Of a stretch of 64,000 nt of DNA, positions 52,858 through 63,901 are shown one piece after another. How positions within the stretch are numbered: the stretch's first letter is position 1; each line of letters begins with the position of its first letter. Position numbers and translations under genes: made by a program. Under the pieces are notes generated by a model. The model did no database searches, was not told the DNA's origin, and saw only the letters and a program-made list of their open reading frames with translations. The stretch is taken from sequence record MK250028.1. One strand, written 5' to 3'.

Positions 52858-53208
52858 ATGATTAAGTTTAAAGATAATAATGATAATTTCTTGAGAGTTA
52901 CTATAATATCACCTGTCACTTATGAATTAATATCTTTATTAGATAAAGAAAATGTTGATATAAGTGCAGTGTATAATTACAAGGATTTAAATAGAATTAT
53001 TAAAGAACATGATTGTATCATGGATGAACTTAGGTATTATATGTGTAATAGGATGAATCAATTAATAAATTATAAAAATATAGTTAAAGTTCAGAATATT
53101 ACAAAAATTAATTGTCTAGGAATTGATGATACCTATTTTCTATATATAGACGGATGTTATTATCTTACGAATGATATAAATTTTATACAAAAATATATAA
53201 AGAGATAA
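52858..53208 (+). CDS. Hypothetical protein (MIKFK family)
   Basis: 116 aa. Confidence 0.65.
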   Translation: MIKFKDNNDNFLRVTIISPVTYELISLLDKENVDISAVYNYKDLNRIIKEHDCIMDELRYYMCNRMNQLINYKNIVKVQNITKINCLGIDDTYFLYIDGCYYLTNDINFIQKYIKR

Positions 53209-53212
53209 GTGT

Positions 53213-54058
53213 ATGTAGTACGAAAATACTATTGTAATTAATTTGGTTGCAGGACCATGTGCAGGAAAATCAACTATAGCAAGTGGTATATTCTATAAGT
53301 TAAAGATGAAAGGAATTGATTGTGAACAAACTTTGGAATATGCAAAGGATCGAGTATGGGAAGGAAGTTACTCTACAATGGATGATTAGATCTATATGTT
53401 TGGAAAACAATATCATAGAGTATGGAGATTGAATCATAAAGTTTAGGTAATTATTTCAGATAGTCCATTGATATTATCTATTCATTATGCGAAATTTGAG
53501 AGTAACTATTTCGAGAACTTTGTTATTGAGCAATTTAATAAGTTTAATAACATTACTTATTTTATTGAACGAGATACAGAATATAATGAGAATGGTAGGG
53601 TTCATTCATTAGATGCCGCAATGAAAGCAGATTAGGAATTAAAGGATATTCTTAATAAACATGATATTAAATATTCAACGGTAAAGACAACAGAGGCAAC
53701 CGATATTATTACAGATTAGATTTTATAGAAATTAGAAGATATGAAGAAAATTAAAAAAGATACCGTTGTTACTCTTTATGAATCTAAATGTTATAATGGA
53801 GATGAAAGAGACGAAAACGGAGAATCTAAACTTCATATGATAAAATATACAGCTAATAATATGTATAATTATTTAACTCAACAATTGACATTATTTGCCG
53901 GTAGTGATGTAGATAAGAAATTAATTTGTGAGTTATGTAAGAAAAATGAAAAAGATGAAAATAAGAAATTTATTTGTTATTATACAATAAATAAAGAACA
54001 TTATACATGTATTCAAAAAGTTGATTATTTAGGAACTGTGACATATATATTGGATTAA
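53213..54058 (+). CDS. NadR/Ttd14-type P-loop kinase (AAA_28) fused in-frame to a C-terminal domain under code 15
   Basis: INLVAGPCAGKST, EYAKD, ISDSPL, GRV; begins ATG TAG; reads through TAGs into track ORF 53741..54058. Confidence 0.75.
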
Positions 54059-54146
54059 GATAAAGGGATATAGATTAAATTATATGAATCTATATCCCTT
54101 TATTATTTAAAATAAATAATGAAATATTGTATGAATATTTTAATTT

Positions 54147-56420
54147 ATGGAAGATAACAATGTGAATAATATAATTTAGAATGATGAAGATAAAATTTCA
54201 ATATAGTCTACTATAAGTTCAGCAGAAGGAAACTTGAATTTTTCACAAAATAGAGATGAAACTACGGGTTCTGGAGGAGACGGAGGTTCATCTTTAAGTG
54301 GTAGTTCTACATCGGGAAATACTTCATCAAATTCAAGTGGTAGTGAATCATCTCAATTAGCGAGTGATAATTTAACACCTATATTATTGATATTAGGTGA
54401 TAGTCCAGATCCTGAACCAGATGTTGAGGAAGAACCTGTATTGTTGGAAGAAGATAATTTATAGCAATATACTATTGCACAAAATGGTTAGGAACCATAT
54501 CACGTAATAATAGGTAATTCTGGGTGTACTAATAAAGTTGATGAAGAGCATATTATAGTTATACAAGAAGGTGATAATATTATAAATAATAACAATAATA
54601 TTATTGCAATAACTGCTAAAATAGATTAGAGTTGGTGTCATGTTGTTTTTGAACATCCTTTAAATTCACCATTATAGTTGGGAACTCCATATAAATTAAA
54701 TTCTGATAATTTTAGTAGTGAAGATAATGAAAGAACTATTGTTCCTATGATAACGTGTGAGCAAAATTCAGGTCCTCAAAGAACAGCAAATATTATATTT
54801 TGCATTGATGGTATAGAATCAGATTTAAAAATAGGAATTACTCAAAATGCAGGTAATTATAGCGAAGAACCAGTTATTATTAAATATAAATCTGTTGAAA
54901 ATGGTGTTATAAAGTATGATATATTAGATAGTAACAAAATATATTATATTCATAAAAATAGTAACTATATATTTAGTGACAGAACAAATATGAGTGAGAA
55001 TCCTTTATTATTTGGATTAAGAGATAGTAATAATAATATAAATGGTAATTTAAAAAATTCAGATAGTTCTTATACATTTGAATCAGAACCAGAAGGATAT
55101 AATATGGTAATAACAGATAATAATACTGCTACAACAACAAATACAGCATATCTCATGATTATAACACAGCCGCAAACGGTTGATATAAATCAAGTAATAA
55201 CATTTAAATATAATAATATTGATTTTATAAAGGTTAAATATTCAGAATCATAGAAAGATTATAAAACATCTATAAAAATATGTAAATTAGAGAATTTATA
55301 GAATTATAAAGAAACATCAGGATATAATATATATTTATTTAATTCTGATATAGGAACGACTGCAAATATAAAAACATCATTTACTGTATGTAGTACTGTA
55401 AAATTACATAGTTACGGCAGTAATGATGATATTAGTAATGGACGAATTGTTGCATGTATACGTCTAGATAAAAATACAGATAAAATTCCAGAAAATAATA
55501 TAAGTGATTTAAATGATGATAATGATGATATATGGCATTAGTTAAAACCTGTTGGTACCACATTAACATCAACATTATTTAAAGAAACATATAAAGATAT
55601 ATATTTATAGGATTGGACAAATTTGAAAGTTTATAATTATTCTGCTGAAACAATAACTAACGTTGAAGAAAATTAGAATATATATGTATATATTGTAAAG
55701 GATTCTAAATATAATAAAGTTGGCGTTATTAATTTTGGCGGAACAATGGGACAAAATGGATATTTGGGTTTATTTAATTATTATTATACGTCTTTATAGG
55801 CTTGCACATATAATACATATTGGATTTGCTGGTGTCATTGGTATGGAGATACAAATGACAGTTATTATGATAATTCTGGTGATACAATAACAGAAACGGA
55901 AACAATAAATGCAACATTTAAAAATAAACAATTTGGAACATTTGATTTATACTTTGTTGCAATGAATGAACGAGGTAATGATAATGATATACATGATATT
56001 GATATTGCGAATAAAATAATAAATTCTGGAAAAAATTATAAAAAGTATAATATTCCTTCAGGTACTTATAATTTTAATATGAATAAAATAATGGGTCTTG
56101 TATTTCATCCAAAAAATTCGTCTATAAATGAAATTAAAACATTTAGAGAAATATATGATACATTATAGTTTAAAAATAATAATCATTATTATGATATAAT
56201 AAGTGTATATAAAGATTATTATGTTATAGATTTGAATAATGTTTGTAATGATATAAATGGAAATATCATTAATTTAAATGAATTTTATACAGATATGATG
56301 TATTAGATATATATTTTTACAAAAGTAAATGGTTCATTAATATATATAGGTATACTTTCTTATGGACATGTTAATACTAAACAAAATTGGGGAAATATTG
56401 CATGTTATAGCGAGGGTTAA
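54147..56420 (+). CDS. Large TAG-rich putative tail/receptor-binding protein with a BACON-like domain (part 1)
   Basis: 757 aa under code 15; SWCHV..ITCEQNSGPQRTANIIF..IGITQ; ATAAATA at 54112. Confidence 0.65.
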
Positions 56421-56483
56421 TTACGTAAAATAATACATAGAATTTCATAAGTCAATATAGATACAGAAAGTTTTGAATAATCT

Positions 56484-57521
56484 ATGTTGAATAATATTAT
56501 ATATGGTTCTAATTCTAGTTTACCTGATTTAAATGGACCTTAGTAGTCATCATGGATTGGTCCAGGTGATATTGATTGTGAATTACCAGGTCCAAGTATA
56601 AATCCAAGTTTAAATACGTCTATTGGTGAATTAGTAGATAGTAGTTTTATTATAAAAGATCCAAGTAGTTCCAGTAGTTCTAGAAGTTATATAAAATGGC
56701 AAGATTGCCCTTATACAATAACATTAGCAGCAACAACAGGAACTGCCATATCTAATAGATGTTTAAATAAAACAGCTAGTATATTAAAATCAAATTATGT
56801 ATATTTAGGATATACAGATACAGATGGAAATTTTAAAAATAAATTAAAAACCGGTTTATCATTAAATACAATAAATGATGATACAAGTATTGCTTTAACA
56901 TGCGATACTCTTGGATGTACGGGATATATAAAAGGACAAACTGATGATAATACGGGTGCTTTAATATATTATAGTTTAAATACATTTAGTAATAGTAGAA
57001 CTGTTACATTTAGTTTAAATAAATTACCATTATTTAAAATATCATAGACATATAAAGCTCCAGTTTCATATCTATATTTAAATATAACAACTAGTTATAA
57101 TGAAAATAATACTTATGCATTATTTAATGACTCTGTTGCTGATATACAATAGTTTACAGGTCTATAGACCTATTTACAAATTGATTCATAGAACTTAACT
57201 GGAAGTACACGTTCATATATATTAGGTTTTTATACAGATAATAAATATACATTTAATACAGAACTTACTGTTAGTCAAATTAGTAGTAACCTAGAACATG
57301 TAAGTGGTATAAATGTTGGAGGCTTTGGAAATTATTATATTTTAAGTATGCCTCTGGCTGTAAATGTTTATAATGGAGATAGTAGAACTACTACTATAAG
57401 TGTTGGAGATGATATTTATTTTTATAAAGTTTTAGGTTCAACTTATATATATGATTTTAAGGTTAATTTTAGTGATACTACATTAACCGGTAAATATAAA
57501 ATTAAACAGGTAACATCTTAA
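56484..57521 (+). CDS. Putative tail/receptor-binding protein (part 2), same frame as part 1
   Basis: 345 aa under code 15; Ser/Thr/Asn-rich, SRTVTF..KISQ pattern. Confidence 0.6.
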
Positions 57522-57620
57522 TATAAAAGGAGAATTATTTTTAATTCTCCTTTTCTTTTTATTATAACTTTTTCATCTTTTTATTATATAATATATAAAT
57601 CTATAATTTTATAGTTATTA

Positions 57621-59540
57621 ATGGAATATACGATAGAATCAATAAAACAAAATATAGTATGTTGGGTTGAAGACCATTTAGGATTAGATTTTACATTTAG
57701 AAAATATTAGTTGGAATCTATAATGTTTATTATTAAATCTATTCTTAATGATGATAGGGAAACTTCAATTATCGAGGCTCCAACTGGTTCAGGTAAATCA
57801 CTTATCTGTATTATATCTGCAGGTGTTTTATCAACATATTATAAGAAGTCATCATATATATTATGTTCAGATCTTTTCCTTTGGCAACAATACGCGGATT
57901 TTATAGATAAGAAATCATTAAGGGAATTCGGATATATAAAAGGTGCAATAGGAAATTATACATGCTTTGTTAATAAACAAGATTTAAGTTGTGGACGTTG
58001 CAAGTTAGCGAAAGTTTCATATGGACAATTAAAAGATAAGAATTGGCGAGAACGAAATATGTTTACATGCGTTGAGAGATGTAAATATATGCAAGATAGA
58101 TTCAGAGCTGAACGTTCAAACGTTACACTTATGACATATCAACTTTGGCTTCATCATATGAATCTAGTTAATTCAAAAGCAGCTGGTTCACATCCATTTC
58201 CGAAGAGAGATGTAATATTTTGTGATGAGTGCCATAATATTCCTGATTTGGTTCAACAATTCTGTGCGCCAACATTAAGGGATCAATCTCATGTAAATAA
58301 AATAATGGATATTCTTAATTACGCAGAGGAAAACAATATTGAGATTAAAACTATATTAAAACATATAGATCCAGAATTATATAAATATGATTATTATTTA
58401 AAGATATATGAGAAGAATAAGGATAATAGATATACAAACATGTTTGATAACTCTATTATTAAAGATAGGTTGGATATTATATTTACAGGTCTTAATTTTT
58501 ATCATGATAATGCTAAACAGATTTTAGACTTATTAAAAATGTTTCGAGATATTCTCTCTATTGTTTCTGTTGTGAATGAATCAATGGAAGATGAAATTCA
58601 ACATGAATCATTATTCAATACAAGGAATATGGATAAAGGATTAGAAACATTATCTAAGAGATTAACATGGTTTCAAACATTCGGAAATTCTTTTGAGGAC
58701 TTTATGGAAGCTATAAAGAAATCAGGAATTGAATATATGTTAATGGAAGTTAATATCAATCCAGAAACAAGAGAACGAATATTTCAGTTTAATTGTGCTA
58801 AAGAGGATTATCTTTGTAGTGAGTATCTTTTATCACATGCTAATAATAAAGTTTTACTATCAGCGACTGTTGGATCGTATCATGCTTTCGATGAGAATAT
58901 AGGGATAAAGTATACAAAACAACATGAGTCTTTTTTCTCAAAGATTCCGTCTACATTTGATTTTACACATTCACCTATATATTACATACCAAAATATAAA
59001 ATGAATTATGCCAATAAACAACATGATTTTCCGTTTATTCAACAGATGTCATGTAAGATTATAAATGCACATATTAATAACAGAGGTATAATTCATACAG
59101 GGTCATATGAGAATGCAAGATTCTTTTATAATGCATGTCCACGAGAAATTCAAAAAAGATTATTCTTATATGGAACACCAAAGCAAAAGGAAGAGATAAT
59201 GCCTGATTTTAAGAAATCATTGAATGGCATATTAGTTGGTCCAACATTAACGGAAGGTATAGATTTACCGAATGATTATTGTAGATTCATTATATTGATG
59301 AAAGTTCCATATCCTAATATAACAAGTAAGATAGTAAAGAAGAAATTAGAATTATTCCCTTTATGGTATAACAGTACGACAAGTAATGTGATAATTCAGG
59401 CTATTGGTAGAGGCGTAAGAAATGAACATGATTATTGTACAACATATATATTGGATGGGTGTTTCGGTAATCTTTATCAACAAACAAAAGATCAATATTC
59501 ACCTGAATTACAAAACAGAATAAAAGTCATATATAGTTAA
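57621..59540 (+). CDS. DinG/Rad3-like SF2 helicase
   Basis: Q-motif FRKYQ (Q encoded by TAG), EAPTGSGKS, DECH, SAT, EGIDLP, KVPYP, QAIGRGVR; Cys residues suited to an Fe-S cluster. Confidence 0.9.
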
Positions 59541-59541
59541 T

Positions 59542-59883
59542 ATGTATAACCAAGATATATATTTAAAAAGTTCAGGAATATTGTTCGCTAAAGAATTTGA
59601 GAGAGTTGTTCATGGAGGTAGAGGAGATTATGTCGAATTTACACGTGAACAAATTATTCCAAAACTTTATTATAAATTCGATGAAGAACATAATGAATTT
59701 GATATAAATAACTTTGAAAAATATAACGGATATTATTATCATTGGTTATATCCGTTATATGATACTGAAACAAAAATATATTTTCAATTGAAAACAGTTA
59801 AATACGCAGATTATAAATTATATCATTTTTATGTAAGTCCTGAACTTTTAATAAATTTCAATGATCCAGAAAGTTTATTTTAA
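59542..59883 (+). CDS. Hypothetical protein
   Basis: 113 aa; RVVHGGRGDYVEF. Confidence 0.7.
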   Translation: MYNQDIYLKSSGILFAKEFERVVHGGRGDYVEFTREQIIPKLYYKFDEEHNEFDINNFEKYNGYYYHWLYPLYDTETKIYFQLKTVKYADYKLYHFYVSPELLINFNDPESLF

Positions 59884-59888
59884 ATAAT

Positions 59889-60833
59889 ATGAAAGATAAG
59901 AAAATATTAATATTAACGATGTGTTGTAATCAAGATTTATTCTAGCAATAGGAATATAGATTACGAACATAGTTATATGCTAAAGATATATTAGATAATA
60001 AATACGATAATGTAGATTATTGGACATATACTGCATCAACAGATGGTAAATATCATGTAAATAAAAAATTACATAAAATAGAAGTTCCATGTGATGACAC
60101 TTTATATGGTACATATGATAAGACATATAAGGTATTTAAATTATTAAATCAACTTAATATAGAATATGATTATATATTAAGAACAAATTGTTCAACATAT
60201 ATTAATATTCCATTATTAAAGTTATTTGTAAATAATTTAAATAATTATAGATTAATATATTCAAATTCTATATATTGTAGTAAAGACGGATGTGGGCCAT
60301 ACCAATGGAGTTTGTATGGATTAGGGAATTCATTGTTGTTATCTAAATTTTGGGTTTCTATTATTATAAAAAATAATGTTAATAATCTAACGAAATTCAA
60401 TTATAATAAATTATCAACAGATTCCGTTTATACTGTTGATGATAATGCTATAGGATTTACAGTGAACTGTTTTTGCTTGCAGAATAATTGGGATATATGT
60501 GATATATGGAAATCATGGAAAGCACCATTACAAAACAAAATACCGGTTCAACCATATAATTATATATGTATTCCTTTTAGAGAATATAAAACAAGAGAGA
60601 ATGAAATAAAAAATTCATTATTTATACATGATGAAATAACTAAATATAAAGATGGTTATACAAATGAATATGTAAATAGTTTATCAGATAACATGTGGTT
60701 TCATATATTGGATTTTGAACAAGGCATGCATTCTATAGTTGATAGAAAATTAGGTGAACAATTTATGGATTTTGTATATGTTCCGAGATATATAGAGAGA
60801 ATAAAAGAACAAGAAAATAAAGCATAGAAATAA
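59889..60833 (+). CDS. Putative glycosyltransferase (GT31/Fringe-like)
   Basis: Code-15 ORF; TYDKT..EYDYILRTNCSTYINIPLL; true stop TAA overlaps the next ATG (TAATG). Confidence 0.6.
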
Positions 60834-61042
60834 TGGTAGATATAGATTACGTTAAGGGTAATGTACGAGATGGTTGGATGTTGAATCCAAATGAAAAAGT
60901 CGTTAAAGGAATTATTAAGGGAATTAACCGTTGTAACGGTGATTGTCCATGTAATAATGATTCTGATGAAAAACATTGTCCATGTTCAAATTATAGAACA
61001 AAGGATAAGTGTTGTTGCAAGTTATATGTTAAGAAAGATTAA
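60833..61042 (+). CDS. Ferredoxin:thioredoxin reductase catalytic subunit-like Fe-S protein
   Basis: W.LNP..V...IKG, CPC..HCPC..CCCKLY. Confidence 0.75.
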   Translation: MVDIDYVKGNVRDGWMLNPNEKVVKGIIKGINRCNGDCPCNNDSDEKHCPCSNYRTKDKCCCKLYVKKD

Positions 61043-61061
61043 TTTTAATTAAATAAGAAAT

Positions 61062-61784
61062 ATGGCAAAACATACAATAGATATAATTAATTCAGATAAT
61101 TCAACATTGAAGATGTTTTCTATAGAAGATGATATATCAGAACAAGTTACATTTTCAACTGATGGATTATATCCATGTATTGAATTATCAAAAGATATAT
61201 TGAATAAGTATAAGGAACAAAATAAACTTTATTATATTCATACATACGGTGATATTTATAATCTTATTGATGATGTAAATATGACAGTTATTGTATATAA
61301 TAAAGAAGATGAACAATATCATGTGGGTATTGTTAACATGATTAACAAAAAGCATATAGAATCAAGCGACTATATTAAATTTATTGATTTAACAAAACGA
61401 ATTAAAGGTGATGTTGAATACTGGATTCCAAAATATTGTTGCTATAATTATGAGAAGTTCCATACATATCAGACAAGTTTGTTATATTTGTTTGATACAA
61501 TGAAAGAATCTCAAGTTGATATGTTAAATGATATTATTCAGAGATATAAGTTTAAGATGTCTAAAGAAAAAGCAATAGTTATAACTTTAAATAATAAAGA
61601 GTTATACCAACAGAAATTTGATAAGATATTTAATGAACGAGTAACTGAATTGAAAGAAGAAATTACGGATCAACTTCAAGATGAATTATCTAAAGCAGAA
61701 TCTAATATCAAAAGTTTGACCAATAAGATTACTTATGTTCAAGAAGATTTAAATAAAGTTGAAAATGGAACTGATAACGTATGA
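61062..61784 (+). CDS. Hypothetical protein with C-terminal coiled coil
   Basis: 240 aa ORF. Confidence 0.7.
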   Translation: MAKHTIDIINSDNSTLKMFSIEDDISEQVTFSTDGLYPCIELSKDILNKYKEQNKLYYIHTYGDIYNLIDDVNMTVIVYNKEDEQYHVGIVNMINKKHIESSDYIKFIDLTKRIKGDVEYWIPKYCCYNYEKFHTYQTSLLYLFDTMKESQVDMLNDIIQRYKFKMSKEKAIVITLNNKELYQQKFDKIFNERVTELKEEITDQLQDELSKAESNIKSLTNKITYVQEDLNKVENGTDNV

Positions 61785-62295
61785 TGATTTCAAAAATAAT
61801 GAATTCAATACCGTATATGGCGTAATATATACATCAGAATTAAAAGATGGTATATTACCAGTAGCTGATGATATAGCTGTAGGTAATATGAAAATATCTG
61901 ATTTATTGAAACCAGTAAAACCGGCAGAATTCACTATTATAAAGAAAAGTGAAATACTTTTATCTAATAATTTACTTATAAAATATATAATAGATCCTCC
62001 ATATCATGATTGGATGAATAAAGATATTCCATATGAATTTTATCGTGAATGTAGACATTCACCAGATGTTTTTGGAATTATATATAATGTCACGACAAAG
62101 GAATTAAAGTCTCCTACTGAATTTGGTAGAAATAGAGATATTCATTTATTTACTACAAAGGAAGAATGTAATAATTTTATTGATTCATGTAATAAAATTA
62201 TATTGGATAGAATAATAAAATATTATAATGAAAAGATTTCACAGTATACTTCTACTGTAAATGAAATTAAAGCAAAATTTGATAGTATTTTATAA
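61759..62295 (+). CDS. Hypothetical protein
   Basis: 178 aa ORF. Confidence 0.7.
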   Translation: MKMELITYDDFKNNEFNTVYGVIYTSELKDGILPVADDIAVGNMKISDLLKPVKPAEFTIIKKSEILLSNNLLIKYIIDPPYHDWMNKDIPYEFYRECRHSPDVFGIIYNVTTKELKSPTEFGRNRDIHLFTTKEECNNFIDSCNKIILDRIIKYYNEKISQYTSTVNEIKAKFDSIL

Positions 62296-62427
62296 GAATT
62301 TTATTGGGTTTTACTTAATTTTTCTCAATATTTTTGAAGTTTTATTAAAGTTATAAGAATTTTAATAAAACTTCATTTTTTTATATGTGTTTATACTAGA
62401 TAAATAATAAAAATGATTTTTTAATAA

Positions 62428-62703
62428 ATGGAACCAAAGAAACATACTTCACGTGATGGTGGTTTAGACGTAGTAGATGTTAACGATACACCAGAGGACG
62501 TATATATGGATTCATTCTTAGAAGATGGCGATGACGGTTTTGCAGAGAATTTGGAACCAGATAAGATGCCAGCAGAAGACTTAAGAATTGAAGCATTGAA
62601 GAGAGCTATAGATATTGCAAAACTTATGAGTAATGTTACTACACAGGATGTTATTAACATTGCGGCTAAAATTGCTGATTATATCAGTAACACACAAATT
62701 TAA
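62428..62703 (+). CDS. Acidic late protein, paralog 1
   Basis: LRIEALK..KLMSNVTTQDV; ATAAATA at about 62400. Confidence 0.75.
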   Translation: MEPKKHTSRDGGLDVVDVNDTPEDVYMDSFLEDGDDGFAENLEPDKMPAEDLRIEALKRAIDIAKLMSNVTTQDVINIAAKIADYISNTQI

Positions 62704-62727
62704 AATATACATATTTAATATATAACA

Positions 62728-63123
62728 ATGAATACAACAACATTAAAAGAAAGATTAGGTCTTGATGAAGACGCTGTTTTCGAAGATGGAGCGACAACTG
62801 CAACAGATGACGGTATGACTGATGAGGAACTTAAGATCGAATCTTTGAAGATCGCTACAAATATCGGTAAACTTATGAGTAATGTAACAACAGAAGATAT
62901 TGTTAGTATCGCCGAGACAGTTGCCAAGTTTATCAAAGGTGGCGAAGGCGCATCTCTTGAAACATCAAATGATAATTCTTCTGATGAAAGTTCAGATGAT
63001 ACTGAGGAAGAAGCAGAAGATTTCGATACAAATGATGAAGATACATCTGATAACAGTGGAGAAGAAACAGATGAGACTATTTCTCCGGTTGCTGGTGAAG
63101 ATGAAGAAGATTTTGAAGTTTAA
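62728..63123 (+). CDS. Acidic late protein, paralog 2
   Basis: LKIESLK..KLMSNVTTEDI; D/E-rich tail. Confidence 0.75.
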   Translation: MNTTTLKERLGLDEDAVFEDGATTATDDGMTDEELKIESLKIATNIGKLMSNVTTEDIVSIAETVAKFIKGGEGASLETSNDNSSDESSDDTEEEAEDFDTNDEDTSDNSGEETDETISPVAGEDEEDFEV

Positions 63124-63245
63124 TCATAAAGGAATAACATTATTTAACGATTTTGTTATTCCTTATTTTTATAATTTAAGTAAACTATTTCATGTATTCT
63201 GTATATAATCTTTAAATTGTTTAATAAAAATAAAGAAATAAGTTT

Positions 63246-63770
63246 ATGACAGAAGTAAATGTGAATGGATCTATTGATCTTAATTTGAACCGTGGTAAGA
63301 GAGTGAATAATGATAAACGTCCACGTATTAAGCGAGAGGAACGTAAGCCACGTGTTAAGACAGATGAAGAGTATATTGCGCAGCTTGAAACAGCTATGCA
63401 GAAAGCAGGTGGACGTTATGTAAAGTTTGATGATATTGATCATACAGAGGGATTGATGGTTGCAGGAGTGCAATGTAAAAACGGTAATTATATGTTTGCC
63501 GTTATGAATCGTGATCGAAAGGTACAGCTTGTTGGTAATAATGAGCATTTCTCAGTTATTCGTGATGTTCCAGCAAGTCTTTATGTATTGGATTATGTAT
63601 ATCATCGTGACCCTGAGATTTTGCTGAATATTGTTGATGCAACATTCTATCAGGATGAGATTAAGTTGATCACTAAGATGTATATTAAGGTTGCAAAGAA
63701 AGTTAATAAGGATAATAAGAAAAACACAAAGAAATCAAAGAAGAACACTAAGAAAAACACAAAGAAGTGA
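63246..63770 (+). CDS. Hypothetical protein with Lys-rich C-terminal tail
   Basis: 174 aa; class II promoter at 63181-63209. Confidence 0.75.
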   Translation: MTEVNVNGSIDLNLNRGKRVNNDKRPRIKREERKPRVKTDEEYIAQLETAMQKAGGRYVKFDDIDHTEGLMVAGVQCKNGNYMFAVMNRDRKVQLVGNNEHFSVIRDVPASLYVLDYVYHRDPEILLNIVDATFYQDEIKLITKMYIKVAKKVNKDNKKNTKKSKKNTKKNTKK

Positions 63771-63901
63771 TTAATAGATTTAATTTAGTTTACTTCTAAA
63801 TATAAAGAGATATATTCTAATATAGAGTATATCTCTTTTTTCATAAACTTAATTTTAATTTTAACATATAATATATAAAGATATAATATTTTTTATAATA
63901 A

